From Minisyncoccota bacterium (GTDB taxonomy: Bacteria > Patescibacteriota > Minisyncoccia > Phycocordibacterales > JABAAK01), in assembly GCA_965216295.1 (NCBI GenBank), contig OZ244141.1:365299-429298 (forward strand): a stretch of DNA of 64,000 nucleotides, given 5' to 3'. The notes under the pieces are model-generated. The model saw nothing but the letters and a program-made list of their open reading frames with translations. It was not told where the DNA came from and did not search any database. Both the position numbers and the translations under genes were made by a program. Positions 25,743 to 35,732 of this stretch are shown piece by piece. How positions within the stretch are numbered: the stretch's first letter is position 1; each line of letters starts with the position of its first letter.

Positions 25743-27466
25743 CGATCAGGTGGTAGCGCGTAGTACGAAATAAGGTAATTTGCTAGTTTACTAAAGGGTC
25801 TGGCAAGTGAATCGGAGGCATACCGCGCTCCTTTCGGATCAACAGTAAAGAGGAAGATAGAATATTTTGGGTTAGATGCTGGGAAGTACCCAAAGAATGA
25901 ATGGAGTATCTTATCCTCAAGATACTTCCCTGTTTTCGAATCAACTAACTGTGCTGTTCCCGTTTTTGAAGCAATGCTGTAGTGAGGATTACGAAGTGCT
26001 CCTCCGAGTAAAGCCTTATCATACACATTCACTAAAAAGTTAGTAACTGTTTCGGTTGTTGATTTCTTGAACACTCGTTGTTTAATAGATTTAATAGCAC
26101 CGCCTCCAATAATAGCTGCAGAAGATCCTTGTAAAATAGTTTCTTGTACAACCATAGGGCGAACAAGATAGCCTCCATTTGCCAACGAAGAAAGTGCTCG
26201 TGTGGCAGCGATGGGAGTAACGGCAATACCATGACCGTACGATGCCGTCACGTATTCAATAGTACGTTTCGTATTGAGATTATCAATCAATCCTCCTATC
26301 TCTCGTGGTAAATCAATACCTGTTGGTGTGTCAAAAGAAAATTGATTAAAGTAACTTCGATACACCGGCACACCAGTTTTCAAAACAACAAATGCTGCCC
26401 CGAGGTTTAATGATTGACTTAAGATACTTTGCAGTGATATGTTTTTTCCCCGAGCTCTACCGTCATAGTTTGATACTTTTTTCCCATCAACAACAATGCT
26501 CCCTGTGTCATCATAGGTATCGTTCACACTCACTCGACGCGAATCAAGACCAATAGCAATGGTAAGTGGTTTGAAAACGGAACCCATTTCATAGACATCA
26601 GCGATAAATGGATTATTGTAAACGCGGTGATCTTTTTCTGCTTGAAAATTATTTAAATCAAAGGTCGGCATCGACGCCATAGCGACAACTCTTCCAGTAT
26701 TTGGTTCAAGAACGATACCGCCCACTTTCTGTGATTGGTAGCTAGTACTAATCTCTCGAAGAAGAGATTGTAGTTTTTTCTGTACTTGCACATCAATACT
26801 AGCAACAATATCTCCTCCTGCAGATAATCCACGGGCACCTTCTTCACTCACACTCCCCCGAATCACATCAGAAATATCAATATTGTTTCGTTGTCGTTGA
26901 CTTAAAACCGTATCGTATGAATTTTCAAGACCGTACTGACCTTGGTAAACATTGCGATCATCAAAACCAACGTAACCGATAACGTGTGCAGCAAGAGAGG
27001 AAAAAGGATACACTCGCCACGCTTCCTCCTCAAGACTCACTCCTTTCAGACCATACCGTCGTATTCTTGTTTCAAGTTTTCCAACAACATCAGAAGGCAA
27101 TTGTTTCTGTATTATCTCATAACCATCATTGACAAGATTTGCTTTTTGATAAAATGTTGCTTCGTTAATTGGTAACACAGCATTAATGTGACCATACGCT
27201 TCATCAATATCATCTAATTCGCGTGGAGAGATGACAAGTCTCCTACCATACTGTGTTGTTGCAACAAGTACCTTCTCACCATTTTTATTAGTAAAATAGA
27301 TATCTCCTCGTTCAAATAGTTTTGCATTTATCGGTGATCGTCTGTCACCAATTTCGCTTTCAGTGAATAGTTGTAGGTGTGCAAGACGAGCAATGATAAG
27401 AATTGCAATAATAACAAAGACACCAAGAAGAACCTGAGATCTTTCTAAATTTAGTAAAGACAACAT
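25739..27466 (-). CDS. ftsI: Penicillin-binding protein (class B transpeptidase; FtsI/PBP3 by dcw context)
   Basis: 575 aa. N-terminal TM plus dimerisation domain. Transpeptidase motifs (MGSVFKP SxxK, SxN, KTGT). Position is directly downstream of mraZ-rsmH-ftsL. Confidence 0.85.
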   Translation of the reverse strand: MLSLLNLERSQVLLGVFVIIAILIIARLAHLQLFTESEIGDRRSPINAKLFERGDIYFTNKNGEKVLVATTQYGRRLVISPRELDDIDEAYGHINAVLPINEATFYQKANLVNDGYEIIQKQLPSDVVGKLETRIRRYGLKGVSLEEEAWRVYPFSSLAAHVIGYVGFDDRNVYQGQYGLENSYDTVLSQRQRNNIDISDVIRGSVSEEGARGLSAGGDIVASIDVQVQKKLQSLLREISTSYQSQKVGGIVLEPNTGRVVAMASMPTFDLNNFQAEKDHRVYNNPFIADVYEMGSVFKPLTIAIGLDSRRVSVNDTYDDTGSIVVDGKKVSNYDGRARGKNISLQSILSQSLNLGAAFVVLKTGVPVYRSYFNQFSFDTPTGIDLPREIGGLIDNLNTKRTIEYVTASYGHGIAVTPIAATRALSSLANGGYLVRPMVVQETILQGSSAAIIGGGAIKSIKQRVFKKSTTETVTNFLVNVYDKALLGGALRNPHYSIASKTGTAQLVDSKTGKYLEDKILHSFFGYFPASNPKYSIFLFTVDPKGARYASDSLARPFSKLANYLISYYALPPDR

Positions 27467-27484
27467 GATGGTAAGAAGATTCCT

Positions 27485-27796
27485 TTAGAGATGATCGGCA
27501 GTTACAGAAACAGTAACATGTTCTGTGTTTTCTGTGACGATGTGAGAGATAGCGCTCGCATTGTTGTATGTTGCTACCATACTATTCTCCAGATACATAG
27601 CTTCTTTATGAATATCTCCTGTCTCCAAAGCCAACTTCTGTGTTTCTGCCAATACAACAACTCCTTGGTAAATGAAAAAGAAGTGAGCAAGCAGAAGGAT
27701 AAGGGTGGCACCAGATATAAACGCAGCGAGGCGTTGTTGTGTAAAAGCGTGTCCTATGTGGAGCCCATAGTGTGACACTGATGATTTTCTTTGCAT
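27485..27796 (-). CDS. ftsL: FtsL-like cell-division membrane protein
   Basis: 103 aa with a single TM plus a short coiled-coil. Assigned by its conserved position between rsmH and ftsI. Confidence 0.55.
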   Translation of the reverse strand: MQRKSSVSHYGLHIGHAFTQQRLAAFISGATLILLLAHFFFIYQGVVVLAETQKLALETGDIHKEAMYLENSMVATYNNASAISHIVTENTEHVTVSVTADHL

Positions 27797-27798
27797 AA

Positions 27799-28716
27799 TT
27801 AAAAGATAAAAGTTCGTAATTTAGCACTTCGTGCTCGTGGATTATTGGTACATTCCTCAACACTTGGTCGTATTGGTCTTTTTGTAAAGCGCTTACCAAG
27901 TTCTCGGCGTTCCCAATCCACAAAGGCCCGTTTTACAATGCGGTCTTCGATACTGTGAAATGTGATGATACCAACGCGTCCTCCCGCTTGTACGCACTCT
28001 AAAGAAAGTGCGGCGAGAAAATCGTGAAGGGCTCCAATCTCATCATTAACAGCTATTCGTAATGCCTGAAAGGTTTTTGTTGCTACATGAATGTGACGAG
28101 GGTAAAATCGTCGCGGAATCGCACCTGCTACAATATCAGCAAGTTGTCCTGCTGTCTCTATCGGTTTTTCGTCACGACAAGCAAGGATACGTTTTGCAAT
28201 TCGACGAGACCAACGTTCTTCGCCATACCCCCAGAGAATATCTGCGAGGTGATTTTCATCCCATGTATTCAAGATAGTGCGTGCGGTAAACATACTTTTG
28301 TTTTCTGTTTTTGTTGCGTACTGCATATTGAGTGGTTCATCTGTTTGAAAAGAAAAACCTCTTCCGCATGTCAAATGGTAACTACCCCAACCGAGGTCTG
28401 CTATCACCTTATCTACTTTCTCAATACCCAATCCATTAAGTGCAGTTCGTATGTTTCTGAAGTTTGTTTCGACGAAACATTTCTTTGCGTGATATTTTTG
28501 TAATGTTTCTTCTGCAACCTTCAGTGCATTACCATCAAGATCAATACCGATGTAGATACCATCCCCATCAAGGTCATCAAGAATTTTTTTACCATGCCCA
28601 CCGACACCTGTCGTTGCGTCAACGCAAATGTCGGTGTGCTTTAACGAAAGTGAATCAATTAATTCATTTTCCAGCACTGGTATGTGCTGTATTGTATTGC
28701 AGTGTTTGTTTGACAT
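27799..28716 (-). CDS. rsmH: 16S rRNA (cytosine1402-N4)-methyltransferase RsmH (MraW)
   Basis: 'HIPVLENELID...DATTGVGGHGKKIL...IDLDGNAL' SAM-binding motifs. Sits next to mraZ. Confidence 0.9.
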   Translation of the reverse strand: MSNKHCNTIQHIPVLENELIDSLSLKHTDICVDATTGVGGHGKKILDDLDGDGIYIGIDLDGNALKVAEETLQKYHAKKCFVETNFRNIRTALNGLGIEKVDKVIADLGWGSYHLTCGRGFSFQTDEPLNMQYATKTENKSMFTARTILNTWDENHLADILWGYGEERWSRRIAKRILACRDEKPIETAGQLADIVAGAIPRRFYPRHIHVATKTFQALRIAVNDEIGALHDFLAALSLECVQAGGRVGIITFHSIEDRIVKRAFVDWERRELGKRFTKRPIRPSVEECTNNPRARSAKLRTFIF

Positions 28717-28725
28717 ACATTTCTG

Positions 28726-29151
28726 TTAGCCGTGGTATATCTGTTCAACAAGATCGGGCGAACGTTTCTCTACTTCCTGCATATAGGTATTCCAAGCGTC
28801 TTCATTCCAAAGTTCAACTCTATTTTGTACTCCTGCAAAGAGGACTTTGTCGTGCAGGTTTGCATACTTGCAAAGATAATCAGGGATAATAATTCTGCCA
28901 GCAGAATCAACACTTATTTTTTTTGCTCCCGCAAACAATAAACGATTTAAATCACGTACATCACGTTTGGTTGTGAACTTTGAGTCAACGCTTCGAGAAA
29001 TGGCATCCCATTCATATACAGGATACATATAGAGACAAGTATCAATGCCACGAGTAATAACAACGGTTGACCCAAGAGAAGGGCGTAATTCCGCAGGAAG
29101 CGAAATACGCCGTTTCGAATCAATCATATGTCTGTGTTCGCCTATCAACAT
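28726..29151 (-). CDS. mraZ: Transcriptional regulator MraZ
   Basis: 141 aa, duplicated MraZ domains. N-terminal 'MLIGEHRHMIDSKRRISLPAELR' resembles MraZ 'MF.G......D.KGR...P'. Confidence 0.85.
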   Translation of the reverse strand: MLIGEHRHMIDSKRRISLPAELRPSLGSTVVITRGIDTCLYMYPVYEWDAISRSVDSKFTTKRDVRDLNRLLFAGAKKISVDSAGRIIIPDYLCKYANLHDKVLFAGVQNRVELWNEDAWNTYMQEVEKRSPDLVEQIYHG

Positions 29152-29172
29152 AGTTTTTTAGAATATACCATT

Positions 29173-29211
29173 GGTTCCCACCCAAAACCACTATAGACCA
29201 CAATTCTCCAC
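29173..29211 (-). promoter_or_regulatory. Array of four 10-bp-phased GTGG repeats (MraZ-box-like operator) upstream of mraZ
   Basis: Minus-strand sequence GTGGagaatt-GTGGtctata-GTGGttttgg-GTGGgaacc lies 22-60 nt upstream of the mraZ start. MraZ operators in other bacteria are direct (T)GGG-type repeats at 10-bp spacing. Confidence 0.55.
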
Positions 29212-29366
29212 AAAAAGATATAGTTATCAACAATATATGTGGATAACCAAAAAATAATTAACAAATAGAGTGTTTGCGAATACCCCTAGTTTTCCCCTAA
29301 TCGGTTAATTGTATACAAAATGGAGTGGTTCCCCCACTTTATTGATTTATGAAGTCGAAAAAACTG

Positions 29367-29831
29367 CTATGTAATATCTAAAATGCTGAGTTGCAGTTCG
29401 CCAAATGGTAGTTGAATAATAACTGAATCTCCTTTTTTCTTGCCAAGCAAGGCCATGCCAATAGGTGAGGTGGTAGAGACGGGGATACCATTCTCATCAG
29501 TTGTGCCAATTGCGTATATGACGATACTGCCATCGTCTTTCTTTGACGTTACTACAGAACCAACAATAACCTCATCACCATTTGAAGATTCTTTCTCTAT
29601 TATCTTTGCATGCTTGAGTGTTGATTCAATTTCTAAAATACGAGACTCAATAGAACTTTGATCTTGACGCGCAGCGTCATATTCAGCATTTTCAGAAAGA
29701 TCACCAAGAGATCGAGCATGCTGAAGACGCGCAATAACCTCGGGTCTTTTAACTTCTTTGAGATCTCGTAAAACAAGATCTAATCTTTCATATTCTGATT
29801 TTGATATATGCACGGATAAAGAGTATAACAC
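29367..29831 (-). CDS. greA: Transcription elongation factor GreA
   Basis: N-terminal coiled-coil 'LGDLSENAEYDAARQ' and a C-terminal FKBP-like domain. Confidence 0.85.
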   Translation of the reverse strand: MLYSLSVHISKSEYERLDLVLRDLKEVKRPEVIARLQHARSLGDLSENAEYDAARQDQSSIESRILEIESTLKHAKIIEKESSNGDEVIVGSVVTSKKDDGSIVIYAIGTTDENGIPVSTTSPIGMALLGKKKGDSVIIQLPFGELQLSILDIT

Positions 29832-29866
29832 AGCATCTCCTAGGTCGCAATATCTATAAAAAAGCT

Positions 29867-31522
29867 CTATGGTTCCAGGTATTTTGGTGCAACCTCAAGC
29901 AATGTATTGAAAAAAGTAGTGGCAGCACTGTTTGCAGCATTTTGCTTTCCACGTTCCATGATAATGACAAACGCGTACTTTGGTTTTTCATACGGAAAGA
30001 ATCCGGCAATGAGAGAGTTCGTTAACCCTTTTGTGTCAATCTGAGCAGTTCCTGTCTTTGCGGCAAACTGAACATCAAATGTGTTTAATGGTTTTGCAGT
30101 ACCTTCAGTTACTGCAAGACGCATACCTTTCTTCGCAACATCAATACTTTTTTGCGAAAGAATAGTTCGATATCGTTCAACATTTTTTTCATTGACGGTA
30201 AGGTGTGGTTCTATAAAAACACCATCGTTAGCAATAACACCAAAACCTCGGAGCAATTGTAATGGTGTTACCTGGAAACCATACTGACCAATCACTGTGT
30301 TATATGTATCCCCCACTCGCCATTCATCTTCAAATGCTTCTTGTTTCCATGCTGGATGTGGAATGATACCTTCTGGTTCAGTAGTAAATTGTAATTGTGT
30401 AGGAAGATGTAATCGAAAAAGTTCAGCGTATTTTTTAATTCTATCAATACCTAATCCTTCTATTGCCGCATAACCACCACCAATATGGTAAAAGTAAACA
30501 TTTGATGACCAGGCAATTGCATCGTAAAGATCAATTTTGCCATGCGCTCGCCAATCTTTAAATGTGTAGATAATATCGGGATCATAAAGATTAACAAGTG
30601 TGATAGCACCATTACTCACCAATGTCTTTGTGGGAGGTACAATATTCTCTTCAATCGCTGCAACGGCAAAAAACGGCTTAACTGTGGATCCTGGGGTGTA
30701 AAGACCAGATACTGCACGATGTGTGAAAATAGCGTCATCACTCTCTAAGTACTTTTTTCGCTCATCATCAGAGCCATTTGCCAAAATATTTGAATTGTAA
30801 TCTGGATATGAAACAAGCGCTATTAGTTCCCCATTCCGTATATTCATCAAAGCTCCTGTTGCTCCTTCATACCCTCGCTCCTTTGCGACATTCTGCAGTG
30901 ATGTATACAGAGCTTTCTGTACCGTTGCATCAACGGTAATAGAGATATCACTCCCATTTATCGTTTGATCAACAAATCGCCGAGCAATTATATCACCAAT
31001 TGCATTTTTTTCAAGAACAAGACGACCATTAATACCTCGCAAAGTACTATTATAAAATTCTTCTAAATTACTAACACCATTACTAGTGGTACGAAAATAA
31101 TTTCCCGTGTCATCTTTCATTGGATAATTAACAAACCCAAGCAGTGAACTAAATCCTTCACCGACGTATTGTCGTGTTTGCCAAAGCTCTGTTTCATTAA
31201 ATACATCCCATGCCAACTTCTCTCCGTAACGATCATATATCGTACCGCGTTTAGCAAAAACAATCTCTTCAGCGAATGTATTGTTCTCACTAATATAATT
31301 ATAGGTTTTTCCTTCAACAATTTGAAGATAAGCAACACGGCTGAGAAGCAAAAGCATACCAACAAAAAAGAGAAAGAAAAGGAAAAAGAGAGAATACTTG
31401 TTAATTGAACTAGTAATTCTTCCTTCACCATGACGCAAAGTAAAATTATCCTGCGCAAGAGCGTCAGGCAACGCCTCGTGTATGTTTCTCAATCGTTTTA
31501 TCTTCCTGCTACCTAGTTTCAT
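29867..31522 (-). CDS. mrdA: Penicillin-binding protein 2 (elongasome transpeptidase, MrdA)
   Basis: 551 aa. TM anchor, PBP dimerisation domain, transpeptidase SxxK 'GSTVKPF', KTGTA. Immediately downstream of mreBCD. Confidence 0.85.
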   Translation of the reverse strand: MKLGSRKIKRLRNIHEALPDALAQDNFTLRHGEGRITSSINKYSLFFLFFLFFVGMLLLLSRVAYLQIVEGKTYNYISENNTFAEEIVFAKRGTIYDRYGEKLAWDVFNETELWQTRQYVGEGFSSLLGFVNYPMKDDTGNYFRTTSNGVSNLEEFYNSTLRGINGRLVLEKNAIGDIIARRFVDQTINGSDISITVDATVQKALYTSLQNVAKERGYEGATGALMNIRNGELIALVSYPDYNSNILANGSDDERKKYLESDDAIFTHRAVSGLYTPGSTVKPFFAVAAIEENIVPPTKTLVSNGAITLVNLYDPDIIYTFKDWRAHGKIDLYDAIAWSSNVYFYHIGGGYAAIEGLGIDRIKKYAELFRLHLPTQLQFTTEPEGIIPHPAWKQEAFEDEWRVGDTYNTVIGQYGFQVTPLQLLRGFGVIANDGVFIEPHLTVNEKNVERYRTILSQKSIDVAKKGMRLAVTEGTAKPLNTFDVQFAAKTGTAQIDTKGLTNSLIAGFFPYEKPKYAFVIIMERGKQNAANSAATTFFNTLLEVAPKYLEP

Positions 31523-31775
31523 ATATTCTAAAGAAATGTTGTACCGAATCTCTCACAAAGATACCAATAAGCGCTATCGCTGAGAGAGCGATAGGAAAGA
31601 TACCATACGGTGTTAAAAAAGCGTCAAGAAGTATACCAAGGAAAATTAACGCAACAAATGGAATAGAAGAGAAAAGTGTTACTAAAGTAAAAACAAGGAG
31701 AAGTAAAGTATACGGCAATAGTGGCACAAAAACTATTATAGCAACAAGAAGTATGTATGGAAATATTTTTTTCAT
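31509..31775 (-). CDS. mreD: Rod shape-determining protein MreD
   Basis: 88-aa polytopic membrane protein between mreC and mrdA. Confidence 0.6.
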   Translation of the reverse strand: MKKIFPYILLVAIIVFVPLLPYTLLLLVFTLVTLFSSIPFVALIFLGILLDAFLTPYGIFPIALSAIALIGIFVRDSVQHFFRIYETR

Positions 31776-32533
31776 ACAGAAAATGCTTGTGTATCATCAG
31801 TCGCTCGTTTGGCGGGCTTTTTTTCTACATCTTCTTCTTCTTTCTCTTCTACCACAACACTTTCTTTTGTTTTTTCTACATAAACTGCGGTAATGCGAAA
31901 GAAGTTGACTGACAGTGGTGCAAATACTTTCTGAACAATACCACTCTCTTCTTCTTTCACGCCAACTACGTAAGCAACAACCACTCCTGTTTTCTGGTGA
32001 ATGACTGCATCACCAACCGCCACAGAAATCTCAATTGGTATAGAAAATTCTAAACCACCACCACCAATACCACTACCAACAGTCACATAATCATTGATAC
32101 TGTAAGATTCTTCAGCCACTGAAGAACTAAAAAGAATCACCGTTGCGTTATTATCAGTTAATTGACGATCGAGCCTTCCAACAGGAATACCATCATTATT
32201 AGAGACAATGGTGCCAATATCAAAAGCAATTGAAGGTGGTACTGCAACAATCAAATGGTCATATGGTACTTGTGGTGGTCGAGCGATGATGGCGAGTCGT
32301 ATCGCATTACCGTCTTCACTATTCCTTGGTATCTCAACGGAGATATTTCTTCCATAGAGATAGATGGGAACAAAAACTGCATGTGAAATTCGAATGAAAG
32401 GATCTGGTATGAGAACATAAAGTGCAACTAAGAAAAGAAGAAGAATGGTGGCAAATGGCTCTCGTCTATTAGACCGTCCTAAAGAACGATGATTCTTATC
32501 AAGGTATCCTATTGGCTTCATTGATCGTCTCAT
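31772..32533 (-). CDS. mreC: Rod shape-determining protein MreC
   Basis: N-terminal TM plus beta-rich periplasmic domain ('GIPVGRLDRQLTDNNATVILFSS...DYVTVGSG'). Sits between mreB and mreD. Confidence 0.75.
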   Translation of the reverse strand: MRRSMKPIGYLDKNHRSLGRSNRREPFATILLLFLVALYVLIPDPFIRISHAVFVPIYLYGRNISVEIPRNSEDGNAIRLAIIARPPQVPYDHLIVAVPPSIAFDIGTIVSNNDGIPVGRLDRQLTDNNATVILFSSSVAEESYSINDYVTVGSGIGGGGLEFSIPIEISVAVGDAVIHQKTGVVVAYVVGVKEEESGIVQKVFAPLSVNFFRITAVYVEKTKESVVVEEKEEEDVEKKPAKRATDDTQAFSV

Positions 32534-32541
32534 AATACTTG

Positions 32542-33684
32542 TTACGTAGTAAGGAAATAACGACTGTACCGCTGTGGATCTTTAGAGATAATGGCAGTAC
32601 CGCGGGCAACGATAGTCACTGGATCTTTAGGGATAGTGACTTTGAGGTTTAATGCTTCTTGTATTTGACTGGCAAAGGTGTGAATCAATGTTCCTCCACC
32701 AACAAAGTAAATCCCTTGTTTTTTTAAATCAGCAGCAATCTCTGAAGGAAGCTTTTCAACTACTTGTTTTACTTTCTGTACCACTAAGCGTAATACTGGC
32801 ATAAGATATTCAATTACTTCAGTGACAGTAATGGTTACTTCTTTTGGTAATCCTGTCTTACAATCTTGTCCACGAACGATAAATTTCTTTTTCTGTTTTT
32901 GCTCACTCGATTGCATGGTTGCTATTTTCAAATCCTCTGCGGTACGGATACCAACCTTCACATTCTTTATATCGGCAAGTGCTTTAATGATTATTTTATT
33001 AAACGAATCACCTGCAATCTTAATACTCTCTGCGATGATAACTTCTCCTCGCGAAAGCACAATAACATCACTCGTACCACCACCGACGTCAATCACCATG
33101 ATTGATTCACCAAGTTTTGAAAATATCTGTAAGTCTGCCCCAATCGCTGCAGCGATCGGTTCTGCAATGAGATGTACTTCTCGTGCTCCAGCATCAAGTG
33201 CTACATTGCGTACCGCATTTGCCTCTATCTCTCGTACTGCACATGGGACACCAATAATGACTGTTGGATTAAATAGTTTAGGAGCAATGGTATTCACTTT
33301 CCTAAAAATATATGAAAATAACTGCTCTGCCACCTCATAATCAGAAATGACTCCATCTTTCAATGGTTGTATAACTTCTATATGTCTTGGCGTGCGTCCA
33401 AGCATTTGTCGTGCTTCCTTACCAATAGCGCTAATCTGTGCTGTTCGTTTATTAATTGTTAATAGTGTTGGTTCATTGAATACAACCCCCTTACCACTCA
33501 AGTACACAACAGTAACCGCAGTTCCAAGATCAATACCTATTTTATTAGAAAATGTAGTTGGTGTTTTTTTGCGTATTTTTTGTATTACTCCTGCACTATT
33601 AAAATATTTCATACGATTCAACAGCTTTTCAACGAAAGAGTAGCCAGTCCTTTTCCGTGTATAGTTGTTGTTTTTCAACCGCAT
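32542..33684 (-). CDS. mreB: Rod shape-determining actin homologue MreB (copy 1, with mreCD)
   Basis: 'IGIDLGTAVTVVYLSGKGVVFNEPTLLT...MLGRTPRHIEVIQPLKDGVISDYE' has the MreB phosphate-1 and connect motifs. True start is probably an internal Met (MKYFNSAG...). Confidence 0.9.
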   Translation of the reverse strand: MRLKNNNYTRKRTGYSFVEKLLNRMKYFNSAGVIQKIRKKTPTTFSNKIGIDLGTAVTVVYLSGKGVVFNEPTLLTINKRTAQISAIGKEARQMLGRTPRHIEVIQPLKDGVISDYEVAEQLFSYIFRKVNTIAPKLFNPTVIIGVPCAVREIEANAVRNVALDAGAREVHLIAEPIAAAIGADLQIFSKLGESIMVIDVGGGTSDVIVLSRGEVIIAESIKIAGDSFNKIIIKALADIKNVKVGIRTAEDLKIATMQSSEQKQKKKFIVRGQDCKTGLPKEVTITVTEVIEYLMPVLRLVVQKVKQVVEKLPSEIAADLKKQGIYFVGGGTLIHTFASQIQEALNLKVTIPKDPVTIVARGTAIISKDPQRYSRYFLTT

Positions 33685-33685
33685 A

Positions 33686-34225
33686 CTATAGCGTTACCTC
33701 TGTTATTTTTCCTTCAGTCATCTTTTTAATCTCTTGTTTGGTGTCATCAACGAGTTTCTGAAGTCCCTCTTCTGCTTTCTTTTTTTCATCCTCAGAGCTG
33801 AGTGCCTCACGAAGTGCTTTCAAGTCTTTTTCTCGTGCTTGACGTAGTGATTGTACGGCTTCCTCTGCCTTTTTTTTAATAATCCGCTTCACCTCTTCCC
33901 TTCTCTCTGAAGTGATTTCAGGCAAATTCACTCGAATACTTGTCTCGCCAACCGAAATCTGTACCTGTAAATCACTTTTTCGCAATGCCTGCTCGAGAGC
34001 ACCAAGAACAGTACTATCCCATGGCGTCACTAATAGTGTTTTTGCCCCTTCAATCGTTACCGATGCCACGTGAGTAATAGGCATTTTTTTTTCATAGGCA
34101 TCTACTGTGACACCATCAAGGAGTGATGCTGTTATCCGACCAATTTGTAATTGGGTAAAAATATCCTGTAACCACTGCAAAATCTCAGTTTTTCTAGTAT
34201 TTGTATGCGTATATGTATACCCCAT
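33686..34225 (-). CDS. frr: Ribosome recycling factor
   Basis: '...LDGVTVDAYEKKMPITHVASVTIEGAKTLLVTPWD...RVNLPEITSERREEVKR' is diagnostic for Frr. Start at internal Met. Confidence 0.9.
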   Translation of the reverse strand: MGYTYTHTNTRKTEILQWLQDIFTQLQIGRITASLLDGVTVDAYEKKMPITHVASVTIEGAKTLLVTPWDSTVLGALEQALRKSDLQVQISVGETSIRVNLPEITSERREEVKRIIKKKAEEAVQSLRQAREKDLKALREALSSEDEKKKAEEGLQKLVDDTKQEIKKMTEGKITEVTL

Positions 34226-34262
34226 GGTCGTATAATACCACACCACATATAGAAAGCGTTCC

Positions 34263-34889
34263 TTACACAAATGCGAATAATTGCAAGGTTGATTTTGTAA
34301 TAATACCGTCTGCTAATGCACGACGAGTCTGTGCAATATGTGTCACAATGCGACGCACCATATCTCTTTTCTCCTGTGTTACCACATGTTTATGTGCATA
34401 CACTTCACACCCTTGTAGAAATGCTAATATTGCTGCAGTACGTGTTCCCCCTTCTTTTTGCCAAATAGTATCTATATACGTAATGCGTTCTGCAGGTGAT
34501 GCGGTAAAAAAAGATTGTAATTTCTTAACAACGTCAACATCTTCTAATGATTCAATAATGTAACAACGAGACATTAACGTTGGAAGCACTCGCAACCCTG
34601 GTGGAAGGCATATGAAAAAATAAACATTTTCTTGCAGATCTTCAAGTGTTTTGAGAAGTGCGTGTTGTGCAGGAAGTGTAATATCTGGCGCTACAATACA
34701 TATCTTTCGCACTGTCTCACCCGTTGTCGCTCGTGCATACTCTTGTATCTGTCGTGCCTGCTCAACAGAAATGACTTCAGAGAGTTCGTAGAAACGCACA
34801 CCATCAACACGTTTGGGTTTTAAAGGGGTGGTGGTAAATATGAGATATGCGTGATGATGTGGTTCATTTAAAATGACCTCAAGATCCAT
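34263..34889 (-). CDS. holB: DNA polymerase III delta' subunit-like (HolB-like, degenerate P-loop)
   Basis: 'HAYLIF...RKICIVAPDITLPAQHALLKTLEDLQENVYFFICLPP...LPTLMSRCYII' matches delta'/clamp-loader box motifs. Walker A is degenerate. Confidence 0.6.
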   Translation of the reverse strand: MDLEVILNEPHHHAYLIFTTTPLKPKRVDGVRFYELSEVISVEQARQIQEYARATTGETVRKICIVAPDITLPAQHALLKTLEDLQENVYFFICLPPGLRVLPTLMSRCYIIESLEDVDVVKKLQSFFTASPAERITYIDTIWQKEGGTRTAAILAFLQGCEVYAHKHVVTQEKRDMVRRIVTHIAQTRRALADGIITKSTLQLFAFV

Positions 34890-34896
34890 AGAAACA

Positions 34897-35724
34897 TTAT
34901 CCCTGATTTGAAGGGAACACAGGTTCAATACGAGGAATCACTTGGAGAATTGACTCTTCCTCATCACTCTCTTCTACTTTATTGGTTTCTTGCTCAACGG
35001 TAGACCCTTCTGGTGATGTTTCTTCAATAGGTTGATTGTTTGTAGCACTGGTTAGCTGTTGATATTGGTCTGCAGTAACACAGGTTTCTCCAGCAAAAAC
35101 CGAAAGTACTTGTTCTGCTGTTGCCGTTGCTACGGTTGTACCGTACTCTTGTGTCAATCTTGTATCAAATGCATCGCGATGTTCTTGAGCAATTTTATCT
35201 GGATCAATAGTAACATCTTCTTGACCACCAGCGCGTCCTCTCAATTTCTCTAAACTTTCTGCGATAAAGAGATCATACACCGTTTCACCGCTCTTCTCTC
35301 CTGAGGGAATAAAATCACTGGAACATTCAGACAAATATGCAAGAAGTTCAGGCCTCAAAAGTGTTGGACAAACGAAACCATTTGCAAATTTCCATGTTGG
35401 ATACGAAACAATCTTTTCATTTTTACAGACTTGTGTTTGATCCTTCTGATCAGCAGTTGAACACTCAATGTATGGTAAAAGTGCTTGTGCCGATTTAGAT
35501 TGAAAAAGCCCTTTCTGTTCTGCGCAGTGTGGACACCAAAAAGCACCATAAAAAACTGCTCCATTATCTTTTAAGCATTGTGCTAATTCAGCGTGCAAAG
35601 CCCTATTTGGCTCTTCTACCTTGCGGAGAGTATAAAACGCGATGAGTACCAAAACAAGTACAACAGCGATAATAATGGCATTGACAAATTGCTTTTCCAT
35701 ACTATGATAATAAGAGTATATCAC
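34897..35724 (-). CDS. Membrane-anchored DsbA/thioredoxin-like thiol-disulfide oxidoreductase with acidic C-terminal tail
   Basis: TM anchor, then a 'VFYGAFWCPHCAEQKGLF' CPHC active site. C-terminal ~70 aa are acidic and low-complexity. Confidence 0.7.
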   Translation of the reverse strand: MIYSYYHSMEKQFVNAIIIAVVLVLVLIAFYTLRKVEEPNRALHAELAQCLKDNGAVFYGAFWCPHCAEQKGLFQSKSAQALLPYIECSTADQKDQTQVCKNEKIVSYPTWKFANGFVCPTLLRPELLAYLSECSSDFIPSGEKSGETVYDLFIAESLEKLRGRAGGQEDVTIDPDKIAQEHRDAFDTRLTQEYGTTVATATAEQVLSVFAGETCVTADQYQQLTSATNNQPIEETSPEGSTVEQETNKVEESDEEESILQVIPRIEPVFPSNQG

Positions 35725-35732
35725 AAAATGAG

